IMG/VR virus record: IMGVR_UViG_3300030117_007306
Span: 1-56,912 of that record
DNA from: a virus
Lineage: Duplodnaviria; Caudoviricetes
Strand: one strand, 5' to 3'
Length of the DNA: 56,912 bases
Notes under the pieces: generated by a model
What the model was told of the DNA's origin: nothing
The model's database searches: none
The model's input: the letters and a program-made list of their open reading frames with translations, nothing else
In this document: piece after piece, positions 38,123-46,598 of the stretch
How the letters are laid out: the number at the start of each line of letters is the position of its first letter
How positions within the stretch are numbered: position 1 is the first letter of the stretch
Made by a program: the position numbers and the translations under genes

Positions 38123-39213
38123 CAGACTTGCTCCATCGCGCTTATGATTTTATCCACTGTATTTTTGTAAGTGAATTTTTTCTGAAGAAGAAGACCATTT
38201 TCATTGATTGGAGAAGACTTGTATCTTTCAACCGCAGTCTCGCAGGCAGTAATAAATTCATCTTCATCAAAAGTATATATGCTGCCTTGATTCATAGTTT
38301 GACCTTCATGGAAAAATATCCCATCATAGACAGGAACTTTTTCTTTAGTTTCAAACAAAACAGAATTTTCGTTATTCGCCCAATCTTTGTAGCCGGTTGC
38401 ATTTAGAATAACTGAGTGTTTGCCCATCGCGACGGACTGGAATTCTGGTAAGCCCCATCCCTCTCCTCCGGAAGCTCCAATGATTATATTAGCTGAATTT
38501 AAATAGTCGTTATACAGACTATTTTTTTGCATAGAGCCAATAAAGTTTACGTTAAAATAATTTTTTCCTCCTAATATGTCGTTAACAAGTCTAGAGAAGT
38601 CCTCTTGTTTTAGAAAAGGATTAGATATCGCACATTGAAGAACGTAATCTTTGTTGTTTCCATATTTTTTTATCCAAGCTTGGATTGCTTTTTTATGGTT
38701 TTTACGCTTTTCAAGTTTACCTGTCAGGTTAAAAACTATCTTATCTTTAAGATAGGTTTGCTCTTTAACATAAAAATTATCTTTATCAAAACCTAGCGGA
38801 ATTTGCTGAACGTTTTCAACTCCATTTGATTCAAAAACCTCTTTCGAGTAAGTGGAGGAGAAAATTAAAGTATTGTTTCGGGCTATATTTTTTTCTGTAT
38901 CAGTTACCCTATCTAGCTCATGAAAAGAAAACAAAACTTGTTTCTCACTAAAAGACTCCAAGCTGCCATTCAGATGCCATAATTTAAACACAGGGTTCAG
39001 CCTACTGTGCTGAGAATGGCTTTTATTTGCGCAGGAAGTTAACCATTTTTGGAAATCTTCACTTACGTTTTCCTGCGCAGAAAGATCATTTTGATTTGAA
39101 ATAAGGAATAGAGAAGGTTCGAGCCCCCTTGCGTGGAATTCACGCAAGAGAGCCACGCTCACCTGACCAAAACTTACAGAATTGATAGGTAAGTGTAAAG
39201 AGAAGTCCCGCAT
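38122..39213 (-). CDS. GT4-type glycosyltransferase
   Basis: GKLEKRKN, SGGEGWGLPEFQ. Confidence 0.85.
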   Translation of the reverse strand: MRDFSLHLPINSVSFGQVSVALLREFHARGLEPSLFLISNQNDLSAQENVSEDFQKWLTSCANKSHSQHSRLNPVFKLWHLNGSLESFSEKQVLFSFHELDRVTDTEKNIARNNTLIFSSTYSKEVFESNGVENVQQIPLGFDKDNFYVKEQTYLKDKIVFNLTGKLEKRKNHKKAIQAWIKKYGNNKDYVLQCAISNPFLKQEDFSRLVNDILGGKNYFNVNFIGSMQKNSLYNDYLNSANIIIGASGGEGWGLPEFQSVAMGKHSVILNATGYKDWANNENSVLFETKEKVPVYDGIFFHEGQTMNQGSIYTFDEDEFITACETAVERYKSSPINENGLLLQKKFTYKNTVDKIISAMEQV

Positions 39214-39539
39214 TAAAACAGTACTTCTTCCTCTGTCTCAGGAACAGAGGATTTAGTAGCCTCTTCACTAGGCTTGGTATTGGCTTGTTGAGAAGAATTG
39301 GAAGTCTCTGACAAGTAGACTCGAAAGTCAGGAGCTTTTTCATTCTTTACTTTGCCGTTTTCGTCCTTCTTGCCAGAGTTTTCAAAGATAACTACCTTTG
39401 TGTTTTCTGATGAAGGATTGATAGAAACGTGCCCGGTCATGTACTTCTGACCTTTTGCACTTTTCTGGACCCAAAGAGCGCCAACTTCACGCTCTTTCCA
39501 CTCATTACGTTTTTCGTCTTTATTGTATGTATTACTCAT
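39213..39539 (-). CDS. DUF736-like (OB-fold, putative ssDNA-binding) protein
   Basis: VGALWVQKS...YMTG...KAPDFRVY; acidic tail ending EEEVLF. Confidence 0.65.
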   Translation of the reverse strand: MSNTYNKDEKRNEWKEREVGALWVQKSAKGQKYMTGHVSINPSSENTKVVIFENSGKKDENGKVKNEKAPDFRVYLSETSNSSQQANTKPSEEATKSSVPETEEEVLF

Positions 39540-39548
39540 ACGGAAGCT

Positions 39549-39577
39549 ATTATTACCACATTCTGGTCTGATGTCAA
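39549..39577 (-). promoter_or_regulatory. sigma70-type promoter TTGACA-17-AATAAT
   Basis: ATG 9 nt after the -10 box. Confidence 0.6.
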
Positions 39578-39585
39578 ACTTTTTT

Positions 39586-40209
39586 TTAAATAAATTTTTC
39601 GATCTTTTTTCTTAGGAAATTTATACCTTTATTGTGCAGGTTGATAATTGTCTGAGAGCTTAAATTAAAATCTTTGGATATTGTTTTCCACGTTGCCACT
39701 TTTTGAGATTCCGGCGAATACCTCTTTTCAAAAACTTTTTTAATCCTTTTATCTGGGTGATTTTTTAAAACAGAAATAACCTCTTTGAATGTAGAGGAGT
39801 TCACGCGCTCTATTTCAGAACTTTCAAATGACGCTTTGGCACTAGCCTCATCAAGCTCTTTTTCAGTGTCTTTAAATTCCATAAGACCAAATATTCTATC
39901 TTTTTTTATTGATTTGTTTAAAAAATAAAATTTTGATTTATTACCTAACCAAGTAATATATTTTATATTTTTTTCAAAATCATAAGTTTTAGCAGAATCA
40001 TAAATAACAAAAACTGAATCATTAATCATATCTGTTTTAGATATGTTATTTGACTTAAAAAACCCCGTATTAGAAAACTTATGTACTTGTTTAAAGTACA
40101 TATTTTGGTATCTTTTATGAAGCTCTAAGAGGCTTTCTTCGTCATTGTGAAACTGAATGTTCTTTATTAAAGATACATCGTCTAGTTTTTCAATATTTGT
40201 TTTTTCCAT
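39586..40209 (-). CDS. phage sigma70-family sigma factor
   Basis: Region 2-like IYDSAKTYDFEKNIKYITWL; region 4 HTH TWKTISKDFNLSSQTIINLHNKG. Confidence 0.75.
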   Translation of the reverse strand: MEKTNIEKLDDVSLIKNIQFHNDEESLLELHKRYQNMYFKQVHKFSNTGFFKSNNISKTDMINDSVFVIYDSAKTYDFEKNIKYITWLGNKSKFYFLNKSIKKDRIFGLMEFKDTEKELDEASAKASFESSEIERVNSSTFKEVISVLKNHPDKRIKKVFEKRYSPESQKVATWKTISKDFNLSSQTIINLHNKGINFLRKKIEKFI

Positions 40210-40619
40210 GATGTTAAAACTTTCTCAAAATCATCAAAAGAGTATTTCTCTTCTCCAGAAAAACTCAGAACGTACTTGTGATGTTTCGTAAAATAAGTTG
40301 ATATTGGGTATATGATATCTATTACGTCCTCTAAAGTATCGTAAAAATCGCCGTTTTGTATTACATCTACTCTTAATCCTAGATGGTCATAAGTGTACAA
40401 ATGAAGCGCTAGAAAATATATGTCTTTATCTTTATAGCTTTCGTTGAAGTAAGGGATGCGGCTGAATAACTTTATGAAATAATAAAATTCAGTATCCGCA
40501 CTACTAGTGAAGTGGTGCAGATACGTTGTATTTTTGAAATTTAAATGAGCGTCTACCCCTAAGGTCGCAAAGATTGGATAGCAGTCGCTTTTATATTTTT
40601 TTAAAATATCACCCGTCAA
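40182..40619 (-). CDS. hypothetical protein
   Basis: Overlapping, co-oriented ORF. Confidence 0.55.
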   Translation of the reverse strand: MTGDILKKYKSDCYPIFATLGVDAHLNFKNTTYLHHFTSSADTEFYYFIKLFSRIPYFNESYKDKDIYFLALHLYTYDHLGLRVDVIQNGDFYDTLEDVIDIIYPISTYFTKHHKYVLSFSGEEKYSFDDFEKVLTSWKKQILKN

Positions 40620-41208
40620 TGTAGTTTTTTACAAGCCATTTAAAAAATTTATCTGAATATTTTTTTTGTTTTGAAACATCTGTAGGCCAACAAAAGGAGT
40701 AGTTCGCTTTATTTTTTAAAATTTTATCATTTCGTTTTTCGTGCTCATTGTTCGGTAATATGTAAATTCTTTCCCCATTTTCTTCAAAAAATCTAGTAAT
40801 ATGAACCACGATCCCATTATTTGACTGTATCCAGTTTAACTCGTCGCATTCGTATTCGCAGTAACGAACGTCTGTTATTATATTGACTTTGTCGCAAAAA
40901 ATTAAATTTTTTATTCCATCAATCCAATATTGCCCTTGGGTTTTGTCTCTCATTATGGCTCCATGAGCTATTAAAAGCGGCCTTATTAGGTTTTTTTCTT
41001 CTCTGGAGCAGTTTGTTGGATCTATATCATAAAGTTTTTTGGATACAGCGGCGACCTCCTGTTTGAGTTTTGTCGCAAAAGATAAAAAATTAACTTTTCG
41101 GCCGCTGGTCTCGAAGTGTTTTCCTATTATTTCAGCAAACGTATCCTTTCCACTTCCAGCTACGCCTGCGATTCCAATCGTATTTATCTTTATTTCGTTT
41201 ATATTCAA
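40609..41208 (-). CDS. deoxynucleoside monophosphate kinase
   Basis: GIAGVAGSGKDT, SFATKLK, RPLLIAHG, ITDVRY. Confidence 0.85.
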   Translation of the reverse strand: MNINEIKINTIGIAGVAGSGKDTFAEIIGKHFETSGRKVNFLSFATKLKQEVAAVSKKLYDIDPTNCSREEKNLIRPLLIAHGAIMRDKTQGQYWIDGIKNLIFCDKVNIITDVRYCEYECDELNWIQSNNGIVVHITRFFEENGERIYILPNNEHEKRNDKILKNKANYSFCWPTDVSKQKKYSDKFFKWLVKNYIDG

Positions 41209-41270
41209 AACGTTAAAATTTATGTTATCGTATCGTTTATTATTATCGTTAACATAACGTTAAAATATAT
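41209..41270. repeat. AT-rich short-repeat cluster (possible origin/DUE)
   Basis: AACGTTAAAAT at 41209 and 41256; TATCGT at 41226, 41231, 41244. Confidence 0.5.
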
Positions 41271-41289
41271 AATAATAAACTTCCCTTAA

Positions 41290-41606
41290 AAAGTCGACAT
41301 GTCGAAAGACATGGAGACTTTTCCCGCTTAGCGCCTGTTCAAAAAAAATGAACTCGTTCTAAGCGACCGGATCTCTTTACTTCCCTTTTAAAACTCCCAC
41401 AGAACTAACTTTTTTGGGTGAGCAGGAGGCCTAGCGCCCGTATGTTGTTCTGTCTGCCTCTCCGTTATCCGTTGTAATCAGGTTCTTCGGGTTTTAATCC
41501 TTCTCCCTCTATCCGCGATAACTTTCCACGGTTGTAAAGTCTCCTACAAACAGAGCCGTGCTTTTTGAGATCGGGGGTGAGCGGCAATAGAGCTCACCTA
41601 TCTGCC
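41290..41606 (-). ncRNA. putative structured non-coding RNA (~320 nt)
   Basis: No ORF of 60 aa or more; multiple helices; downstream of the promoter at 41611-41639. Confidence 0.5.
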
Positions 41607-41610
41607 CCGA

Positions 41611-41639
41611 AGCCTACGAGGCTTCTTTTATTTTGTCAA
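41611..41639 (-). promoter_or_regulatory. sigma70-type promoter TTGACA-17-TAGGCT (divergent pair, leftward)
   Basis: Hexamers and spacing. Confidence 0.75.
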
Positions 41640-41664
41640 GTATTTTTTTTTATGCAAAAAAAAA

Positions 41665-41694
41665 TTGACATTTGATACAAAAAGCTGCGACAAT
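41665..41694 (+). promoter_or_regulatory. sigma70-type promoter TTGACA-18-GACAAT (rightward)
   Basis: TGn extended -10; ATG 41702 is 7 nt downstream. Confidence 0.6.
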
Positions 41695-41701
41695 TTTTGC
41701 G

Positions 41702-42169
41702 ATGGAGATCAAATATCAAAAAGTATCTGACTTTGCAACTTGCCCCAGCAGAAACACATCTACAGACGCGGGATATGACTTGTATTCAACGGAATGTCAC
41801 CGAATAGAGCCAATGCAAAGGGTTCTTGTTTCTACCGGAATTTGTATTGAGATACCGGAAGGGTACTATGGAAGGGTTGCACCTAGAAGCGGGTTAGCAG
41901 TCAAGAAAGGTCTGGATGTTATGGCTGGTGTAATAGATTCTGGCTACAGAGGAGAGATAAAAGTCCTTTTGGTTAACTTGAATCCACCGGCTACAAACAG
42001 AAACGCTTATGAAAGTTTTTTTGGAAGTTCTGGTAAAATTGACATAAAAGAAGGAGATAGGGTAGCTCAAATCATTATTGAAAAATGTTATTCTGCAGAA
42101 TGGAAAGAAATAGAAGAACTTTCAAGCTCTGAAAGAGATGAAGGAGGTTTTGGAAGTAGCGGTATTTGA
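41702..42169 (+). CDS. dut: dUTPase (trimeric)
   Basis: AGYDL, PRSGLA, GVIDSGYRGE, RVAQ, RDEGGFGSSG. Confidence 0.95.
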   Translation: MEIKYQKVSDFATCPSRNTSTDAGYDLYSTECHRIEPMQRVLVSTGICIEIPEGYYGRVAPRSGLAVKKGLDVMAGVIDSGYRGEIKVLLVNLNPPATNRNAYESFFGSSGKIDIKEGDRVAQIIIEKCYSAEWKEIEELSSSERDEGGFGSSGI

Positions 42170-42515
42170 CTTGGCGGCTCCGATCTGCCTTGTCTCATCA
42201 TTTATTTTTGTATGGTTTAAAACTGATTTTTTAGTATCATATTTAAATCTACTTAGCTTTAAATTTGAAGAATACGAAAAATTATCTCTAGAGGACCCAG
42301 ATTATCTATTTACTGAGTATTTAGCTTGTAAAAATAAGGAGAATAAATTCATATTTTTTATTTTTAAGCTTTTATCTTGCCCTTTTTGTCTGGCCGCTTG
42401 GCTATGTTTGGGTGTAAGTTTATTTTGCAACCTTAGTTTAATTGGTATTTATTATGTATTTTCTTTGCTTTTGTTTAAAACTTTAGAAAAATGTTTTTTT
42501 GGTGATGAACATTAA
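42138..42515 (+). CDS. membrane protein (DUF1360-like CPFC motif)
   Basis: LLSCPFCLAAW; hydrophobic segments. Confidence 0.55.
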   Translation: MKEVLEVAVFDLAAPICLVSSFIFVWFKTDFLVSYLNLLSFKFEEYEKLSLEDPDYLFTEYLACKNKENKFIFFIFKLLSCPFCLAAWLCLGVSLFCNLSLIGIYYVFSLLLFKTLEKCFFGDEH

Positions 42516-42783
42516 AAACTCATTTGAATACAAAAACTTTCTTGACTCTTTGGACGGCTTACATAATCCAGATAACTTTATGGTAAACTTTCTTCATGCG
42601 TTCAATAGAATAGGAGTAGGTTGTAGATGTAGGTTAAAAAGCAGACTTAACATTGCAGAAAGCAAAAGGATAGAATCCATAAACAACTTAACCGAAAATT
42701 TTAAAAAAATAGCTTTTGAAAAGCACGGTAAAATTAATTTTTATAACAACGATCAACTTATAAATTCTATAAATTATGAATGA
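42499..42783 (+). CDS. hypothetical protein
   Basis: Overlapping ORF; GCRC motif. Confidence 0.55.
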   Translation: MVMNIKNSFEYKNFLDSLDGLHNPDNFMVNFLHAFNRIGVGCRCRLKSRLNIAESKRIESINNLTENFKKIAFEKHGKINFYNNDQLINSINYE

Positions 42784-42982
42784 TAAAAAATTAGAATATA
42801 ACAAAAAAATGATTGGGCAAAAAGTAAAAGTTGTAGATCAGTATGGGCTCAATTGGATAGGGGAAGTCAAAGAGGCTATTGACGACCATTCATTTTTAAT
42901 AAAAGACGAATCAAATAGAGACAATATCGTGAGTATTTACGACATTAGGTCTGTCGATATGGCACATCTGTCTCAAGCATAA
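42776..42982 (+). CDS. small beta-barrel (Sm/SH3-like) hypothetical protein
   Basis: IGQKVKV...WIGEV...VSIYDIRS. Confidence 0.5.
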   Translation: MNDKKLEYNKKMIGQKVKVVDQYGLNWIGEVKEAIDDHSFLIKDESNRDNIVSIYDIRSVDMAHLSQA

Positions 42983-43038
42983 AAGTGTCCTTTCTTAAAT
43001 AACCCTTTAAATAGGGACTTTTCTACACACTGAACAAC

Positions 43039-43069
43039 TTGGCACGGCTCTAGCTAAAAGAGTCGTGCT
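43039..43069 (+). promoter_or_regulatory. sigma54-like -24/-12 element inside an inverted repeat upstream of hsp20
   Basis: TTGGCACG-GCTC-TAGCT (GG-N10-GC); GCACGGCTCT/AGAGTCGTGC stem. Confidence 0.55.
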
Positions 43070-43411
43070 ATGTTATTGCATAATAGTCCATATAAATTAT
43101 TTGAAGATTTGTTTTTCGCAGATCAACCTACAACCCTTTACCCATTTTCGCAAAAAGATGAATCTTTCGAAGCCGTACTGGAAGTACCCGGCTTTGGCAA
43201 AGACGACCTTAAGGTAGAGATTGAGGAAGACTACATTAAACTAAACGGAGAAGCTGAAGTCGGCGGCAAAAAACGAACTATCAGCAGATGCTACGAATTG
43301 CCGCAAAAAGCCGATAGCAAAAAACTATCAGCTAAATTAACTAATGGTATATTGGAACTTTCTGTTCCTAGAAAAGACAATTCTAAAAAAATACCGATAT
43401 CTATAAAATAA
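43070..43411 (+). CDS. small heat-shock protein (Hsp20)
   Basis: EVPGFGKDDLKV, LSAKLTNGILELSVPR. Confidence 0.9.
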   Translation: MLLHNSPYKLFEDLFFADQPTTLYPFSQKDESFEAVLEVPGFGKDDLKVEIEEDYIKLNGEAEVGGKKRTISRCYELPQKADSKKLSAKLTNGILELSVPRKDNSKKIPISIK

Positions 43412-43444
43412 ACTTGACATAAGAATCATAGTAAATGTCAAATT

Positions 43445-43472
43445 GGCCGTTGCTTATGCAGCGGCCTTTTTT
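43445..43472 (+). terminator. Rho-independent terminator
   Basis: GGCCGTTGC-TTAT-GCAGCGGCC-TTTTTT. Confidence 0.85.
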
Positions 43473-43490
43473 GTGTAAATACATATAGAT

Positions 43491-43655
43491 ATGTCTAATA
43501 AAGCCTTAGAAAAAATTCCTGAAGTTATTAAAATTTTAGAATATCTTCTAGAGTTGTCTAAAATAAGAGATAACATGGAAAATCCAAGTAAAGCAGGAGA
43601 AGACATCTGGTGCAGCCAGCTAAGAACTTGTTTAAATATTTTAAAAGATGAGTAA
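43491..43655 (+). CDS. hypothetical protein (not in ORF track)
   Basis: MSNKALEKIPEVIKILEYLL...; follows GTGTAAAT; overlaps the next start. Confidence 0.6.
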   Translation: MSNKALEKIPEVIKILEYLLELSKIRDNMENPSKAGEDIWCSQLRTCLNILKDE

Positions 43656-43938
43656 TTCAAACAAAGAAAAGTTCGAAGAGATCGACCGACTGTCTTCTAA
43701 AATAGATGTAATTTTAGAATCTATAGCTTTCTGGGAGGAAAGAATGGATAAGTGTTTCTCTAAATGCGACGAAATAGAAAACAACCAGTGGCTTCCTGAT
43801 TTAGATAAAAAAATCTCAAATGTTAGAAAAGAAATGCAATTTATCTTAAATAAAGTTCATGCGGAAGAAAGAGAGCTGGACGTTTTGGATGTTGAAATAG
43901 CTAAAATTTACAAAGAAATTATTTCTAGTGAAACGTAA
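43648..43938 (+). CDS. coiled-coil hypothetical protein
   Basis: Heptad pattern. Confidence 0.6.
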   Translation: MSNSNKEKFEEIDRLSSKIDVILESIAFWEERMDKCFSKCDEIENNQWLPDLDKKISNVRKEMQFILNKVHAEERELDVLDVEIAKIYKEIISSET

Positions 43939-44089
43939 AAAAAAATATTATCTCATAGTTTCTAAAAGAAATAACTGGAGATACGGAGCTTTTGATTACT
44001 CTGAAGAGGGCAAAATGAAAGCGGAAAATTACCTAAAAACGTTGAAAGTAAAAACCGGAGACAAAACACTTGAGATAGTCGAAAAATAG
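43928..44089 (+). CDS. small basic protein (not in ORF track)
   Basis: GTG start; KRKKKYYLIVSK...YGAFDYSEEGK. Confidence 0.55.
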   Translation: MKRKKKYYLIVSKRNNWRYGAFDYSEEGKMKAENYLKTLKVKTGDKTLEIVEK

Positions 44090-44162
44090 ACTTGACTTGT
44101 AGCCAGAAATTGATTAAGGTGACAAACCTGCTCTCGTCAGGTGTAAATTAACTAGCTAAATA

Positions 44163-46589
44163 ATGGATATTAAGGTTAAGAAAAGAAGCGGCAAATTAGA
44201 AAGTTTTGATGTTGAAAAAATCAACAAGTGCGCATATAGAGCGTGTTTAGGCATAGGGGGAAATAATGTTTCGGCTAGTGAAATTATCCTAGACGCGCAA
44301 CTTCAGCTCTACGATAAGATAACAACAAAAGAAATCGACGACGCTCTAATTTTATCGGCTAGGGCCAAGATAGAAAAAGAGCCAAACTACAGCAAGGTCG
44401 CCGCAGCCTTAGCTGCAAACGCTCTCTACAAAGAAGTATTTCGCGAAAGCGTAGACTCTGATACTTTTGAGCTTCAGTACCGCAAATCTTTTGTCCAAGG
44501 TGTCAAGAAGCTGGTAAAAAATGAGATAGCCAACCCAGAGCTGTTAAATTTTGATTTAAAAAAACTGTCAGAAGCTATTGATCCTGAAAGAGACAAGAAA
44601 TTTAAATACCTTGGCTTACAAATTTTAATTGATAGATACTTTATTCGTGTAAATAATAAAATAGTCGAATCGCCGCAAGCTTTCTGGATGCGCGTGGCGA
44701 TGGGCTTAGCTTTAAATGAAGACAACAAAGAAGACAGAGCTATTGAGTTCTATAACTTATTTAGCAATTTCCTTTACACTCCTTCCACCCCTACTCTCTT
44801 TAATAGTGGGACTACTCACTCACAACTAAGCTCATGCTACTTAAACACATTTGATGATAGTATTGACGGAATCTTCGAAGGGGTCTGGCAAGAAGCACGT
44901 AAGAGTAAATACGCTGGAGGCTTGGGCTTTGATGTTACTAATTTTAGGTCTTCTGGCGCTTTCATCAAAGGCACAAACGGGATTTCAGGAGGCCTTGTAC
45001 CGTGGCTTAAAATCTTCAACGACACACTCGTCGCGGTAAATCAAGGCGGTAAAAGGCCCGGCGCAGGATGCGCTTATTTGGAGCCTTGGCATCTCGACTT
45101 TGAGGACTTTCTAAACCTTCGCCGCAATACTGGCGACGAAAGACTTCGCTGCCATGACATGAATACCGCTGCGTGGATTCCAGATTTATTCATGCAAAAG
45201 GTTCAAAATGATGAGGACTGGTATATGTTTTGCCCGTCCGAGTCTAGAGATTTGCATGAAGCCTTTGGCGATTGCTTCACGGCCGTCTACGAGCAGATGA
45301 TAGACAAGGCGGAAGCTGGAGAGCTTAAAAACTTTCGTAAGATAAAAGCTAAAGAACTTTGGAAGAAGATGTTGAAAGTTTTATTTGAGACATCTCATCC
45401 TTGGATTACTTTCAAAGACCCTTCTAATATTCGTTATAGCAATCAGCACGAAGGTACTGTTCATTCCAGCAATCTTTGTACAGAAATTCTGTTACATACA
45501 AAACCATCCGTTTATCAACACGGAGAAAAAACTATAGTTGGCGAAACTGCTGTTTGCAATCTCGGTAGCGTAAACTTAAAGAATCATCTTACTGAAAACG
45601 ATGGTAAATTTACGCTGAATCGTGATCTACTCGCCAGTACAATTAAAACTGCTGTTCGTCTATTAGATAATGTTGTTGATTTAAATTTCTACCCAACTAA
45701 AGAAGCTGCTAATTCAAATTTACAGCATCGCCCAGTTGGACTAGGAATGATGGCGACTCACGACGTGCTTCAATTAGTTGATATCCAGTACGACTCTGAC
45801 GAAGCTGTTAAATACATTGACGAACTCACAGAGTTCTTCTCTTATAACGCTATACTATCATCTAGCGAACTAGCTCAAGAGAGAGGTAGCTATAAAACTT
45901 TCTCAGGCTCACTTTGGGATAAAGGCCAATTACCAATAGACACATATAATAAATTACTAGATTTTAGAAAAAAATCTGGAAGCAAGCCCGTGGGGGGTAA
46001 ATTGGATTGGTCAGAAGTAAGAGAAAGTATTTCAAAATATGGAATCCGAAATAGCAACATTATGGCAATTGCTCCTACTGCTACTATTGGGTATATCAAT
46101 GGTGTTGAGCAGAGCATTGAGCCGAACTTCTCAGTCCTCTTCGTCTACGAAAACAAAAGTGGAAACTTCTACATCACAAACGAGCAGTTCGTCGAAGACA
46201 TGAAGAAGGAGGGCTTGTGGAGCCCGAGATTCGCAGAAGCTGTTAAAGAAGCGGATGGAGACGTTACTCTTTTAGATATACCAGAGAAATATAAAGAGAA
46301 GTATAAGACTGCCTTTGATCGTGATATGTTCAAGCTGATTCAATGCAATGCCGCTCGTCAAAAATGGATAGATCAAGGTATTTCTTTTAATCTATATAAT
46401 AAGAACACAAGCCTTAAATATCTAAATGATATCTATATGGCTGCGTGGGAAGCTGGACTGAAGACGACTTACTATTTAAGAAACCGTGGCGCTTCTAAAG
46501 TTGAGAAATCAACCAAGAAAGAGTATACGGAAGAAGAACAGATAGCTTGCTCTATCGCTAACCCCGAAGCTTGCGAAGCCTGTCAATAA
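44163..46589 (+). CDS. nrdA: class I ribonucleotide reductase alpha subunit with ATP cone
   Basis: VKKRSG ATP cone, TPTLFN, SSCY, SNLCTEI, VCNLGS, APT, TTYY, C-terminal CEAC. Confidence 0.96.
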   Translation: MDIKVKKRSGKLESFDVEKINKCAYRACLGIGGNNVSASEIILDAQLQLYDKITTKEIDDALILSARAKIEKEPNYSKVAAALAANALYKEVFRESVDSDTFELQYRKSFVQGVKKLVKNEIANPELLNFDLKKLSEAIDPERDKKFKYLGLQILIDRYFIRVNNKIVESPQAFWMRVAMGLALNEDNKEDRAIEFYNLFSNFLYTPSTPTLFNSGTTHSQLSSCYLNTFDDSIDGIFEGVWQEARKSKYAGGLGFDVTNFRSSGAFIKGTNGISGGLVPWLKIFNDTLVAVNQGGKRPGAGCAYLEPWHLDFEDFLNLRRNTGDERLRCHDMNTAAWIPDLFMQKVQNDEDWYMFCPSESRDLHEAFGDCFTAVYEQMIDKAEAGELKNFRKIKAKELWKKMLKVLFETSHPWITFKDPSNIRYSNQHEGTVHSSNLCTEILLHTKPSVYQHGEKTIVGETAVCNLGSVNLKNHLTENDGKFTLNRDLLASTIKTAVRLLDNVVDLNFYPTKEAANSNLQHRPVGLGMMATHDVLQLVDIQYDSDEAVKYIDELTEFFSYNAILSSSELAQERGSYKTFSGSLWDKGQLPIDTYNKLLDFRKKSGSKPVGGKLDWSEVRESISKYGIRNSNIMAIAPTATIGYINGVEQSIEPNFSVLFVYENKSGNFYITNEQFVEDMKKEGLWSPRFAEAVKEADGDVTLLDIPEKYKEKYKTAFDRDMFKLIQCNAARQKWIDQGISFNLYNKNTSLKYLNDIYMAAWEAGLKTTYYLRNRGASKVEKSTKKEYTEEEQIACSIANPEACEACQ

Positions 46590-46598
46590 TTTAAGAAA

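Noticed and set aside
41290-41608. tmRNA or RNase P RNA
   Set aside because: Starts GGGGC on minus but has no T-arm/CCA 3' end and no full RNase P P4 consensus
44163-46589. Intein or intron in nrdA (also checked dnaE, dnaB, recA)
   Set aside because: Lengths and motifs are continuous; no splice motifs seen
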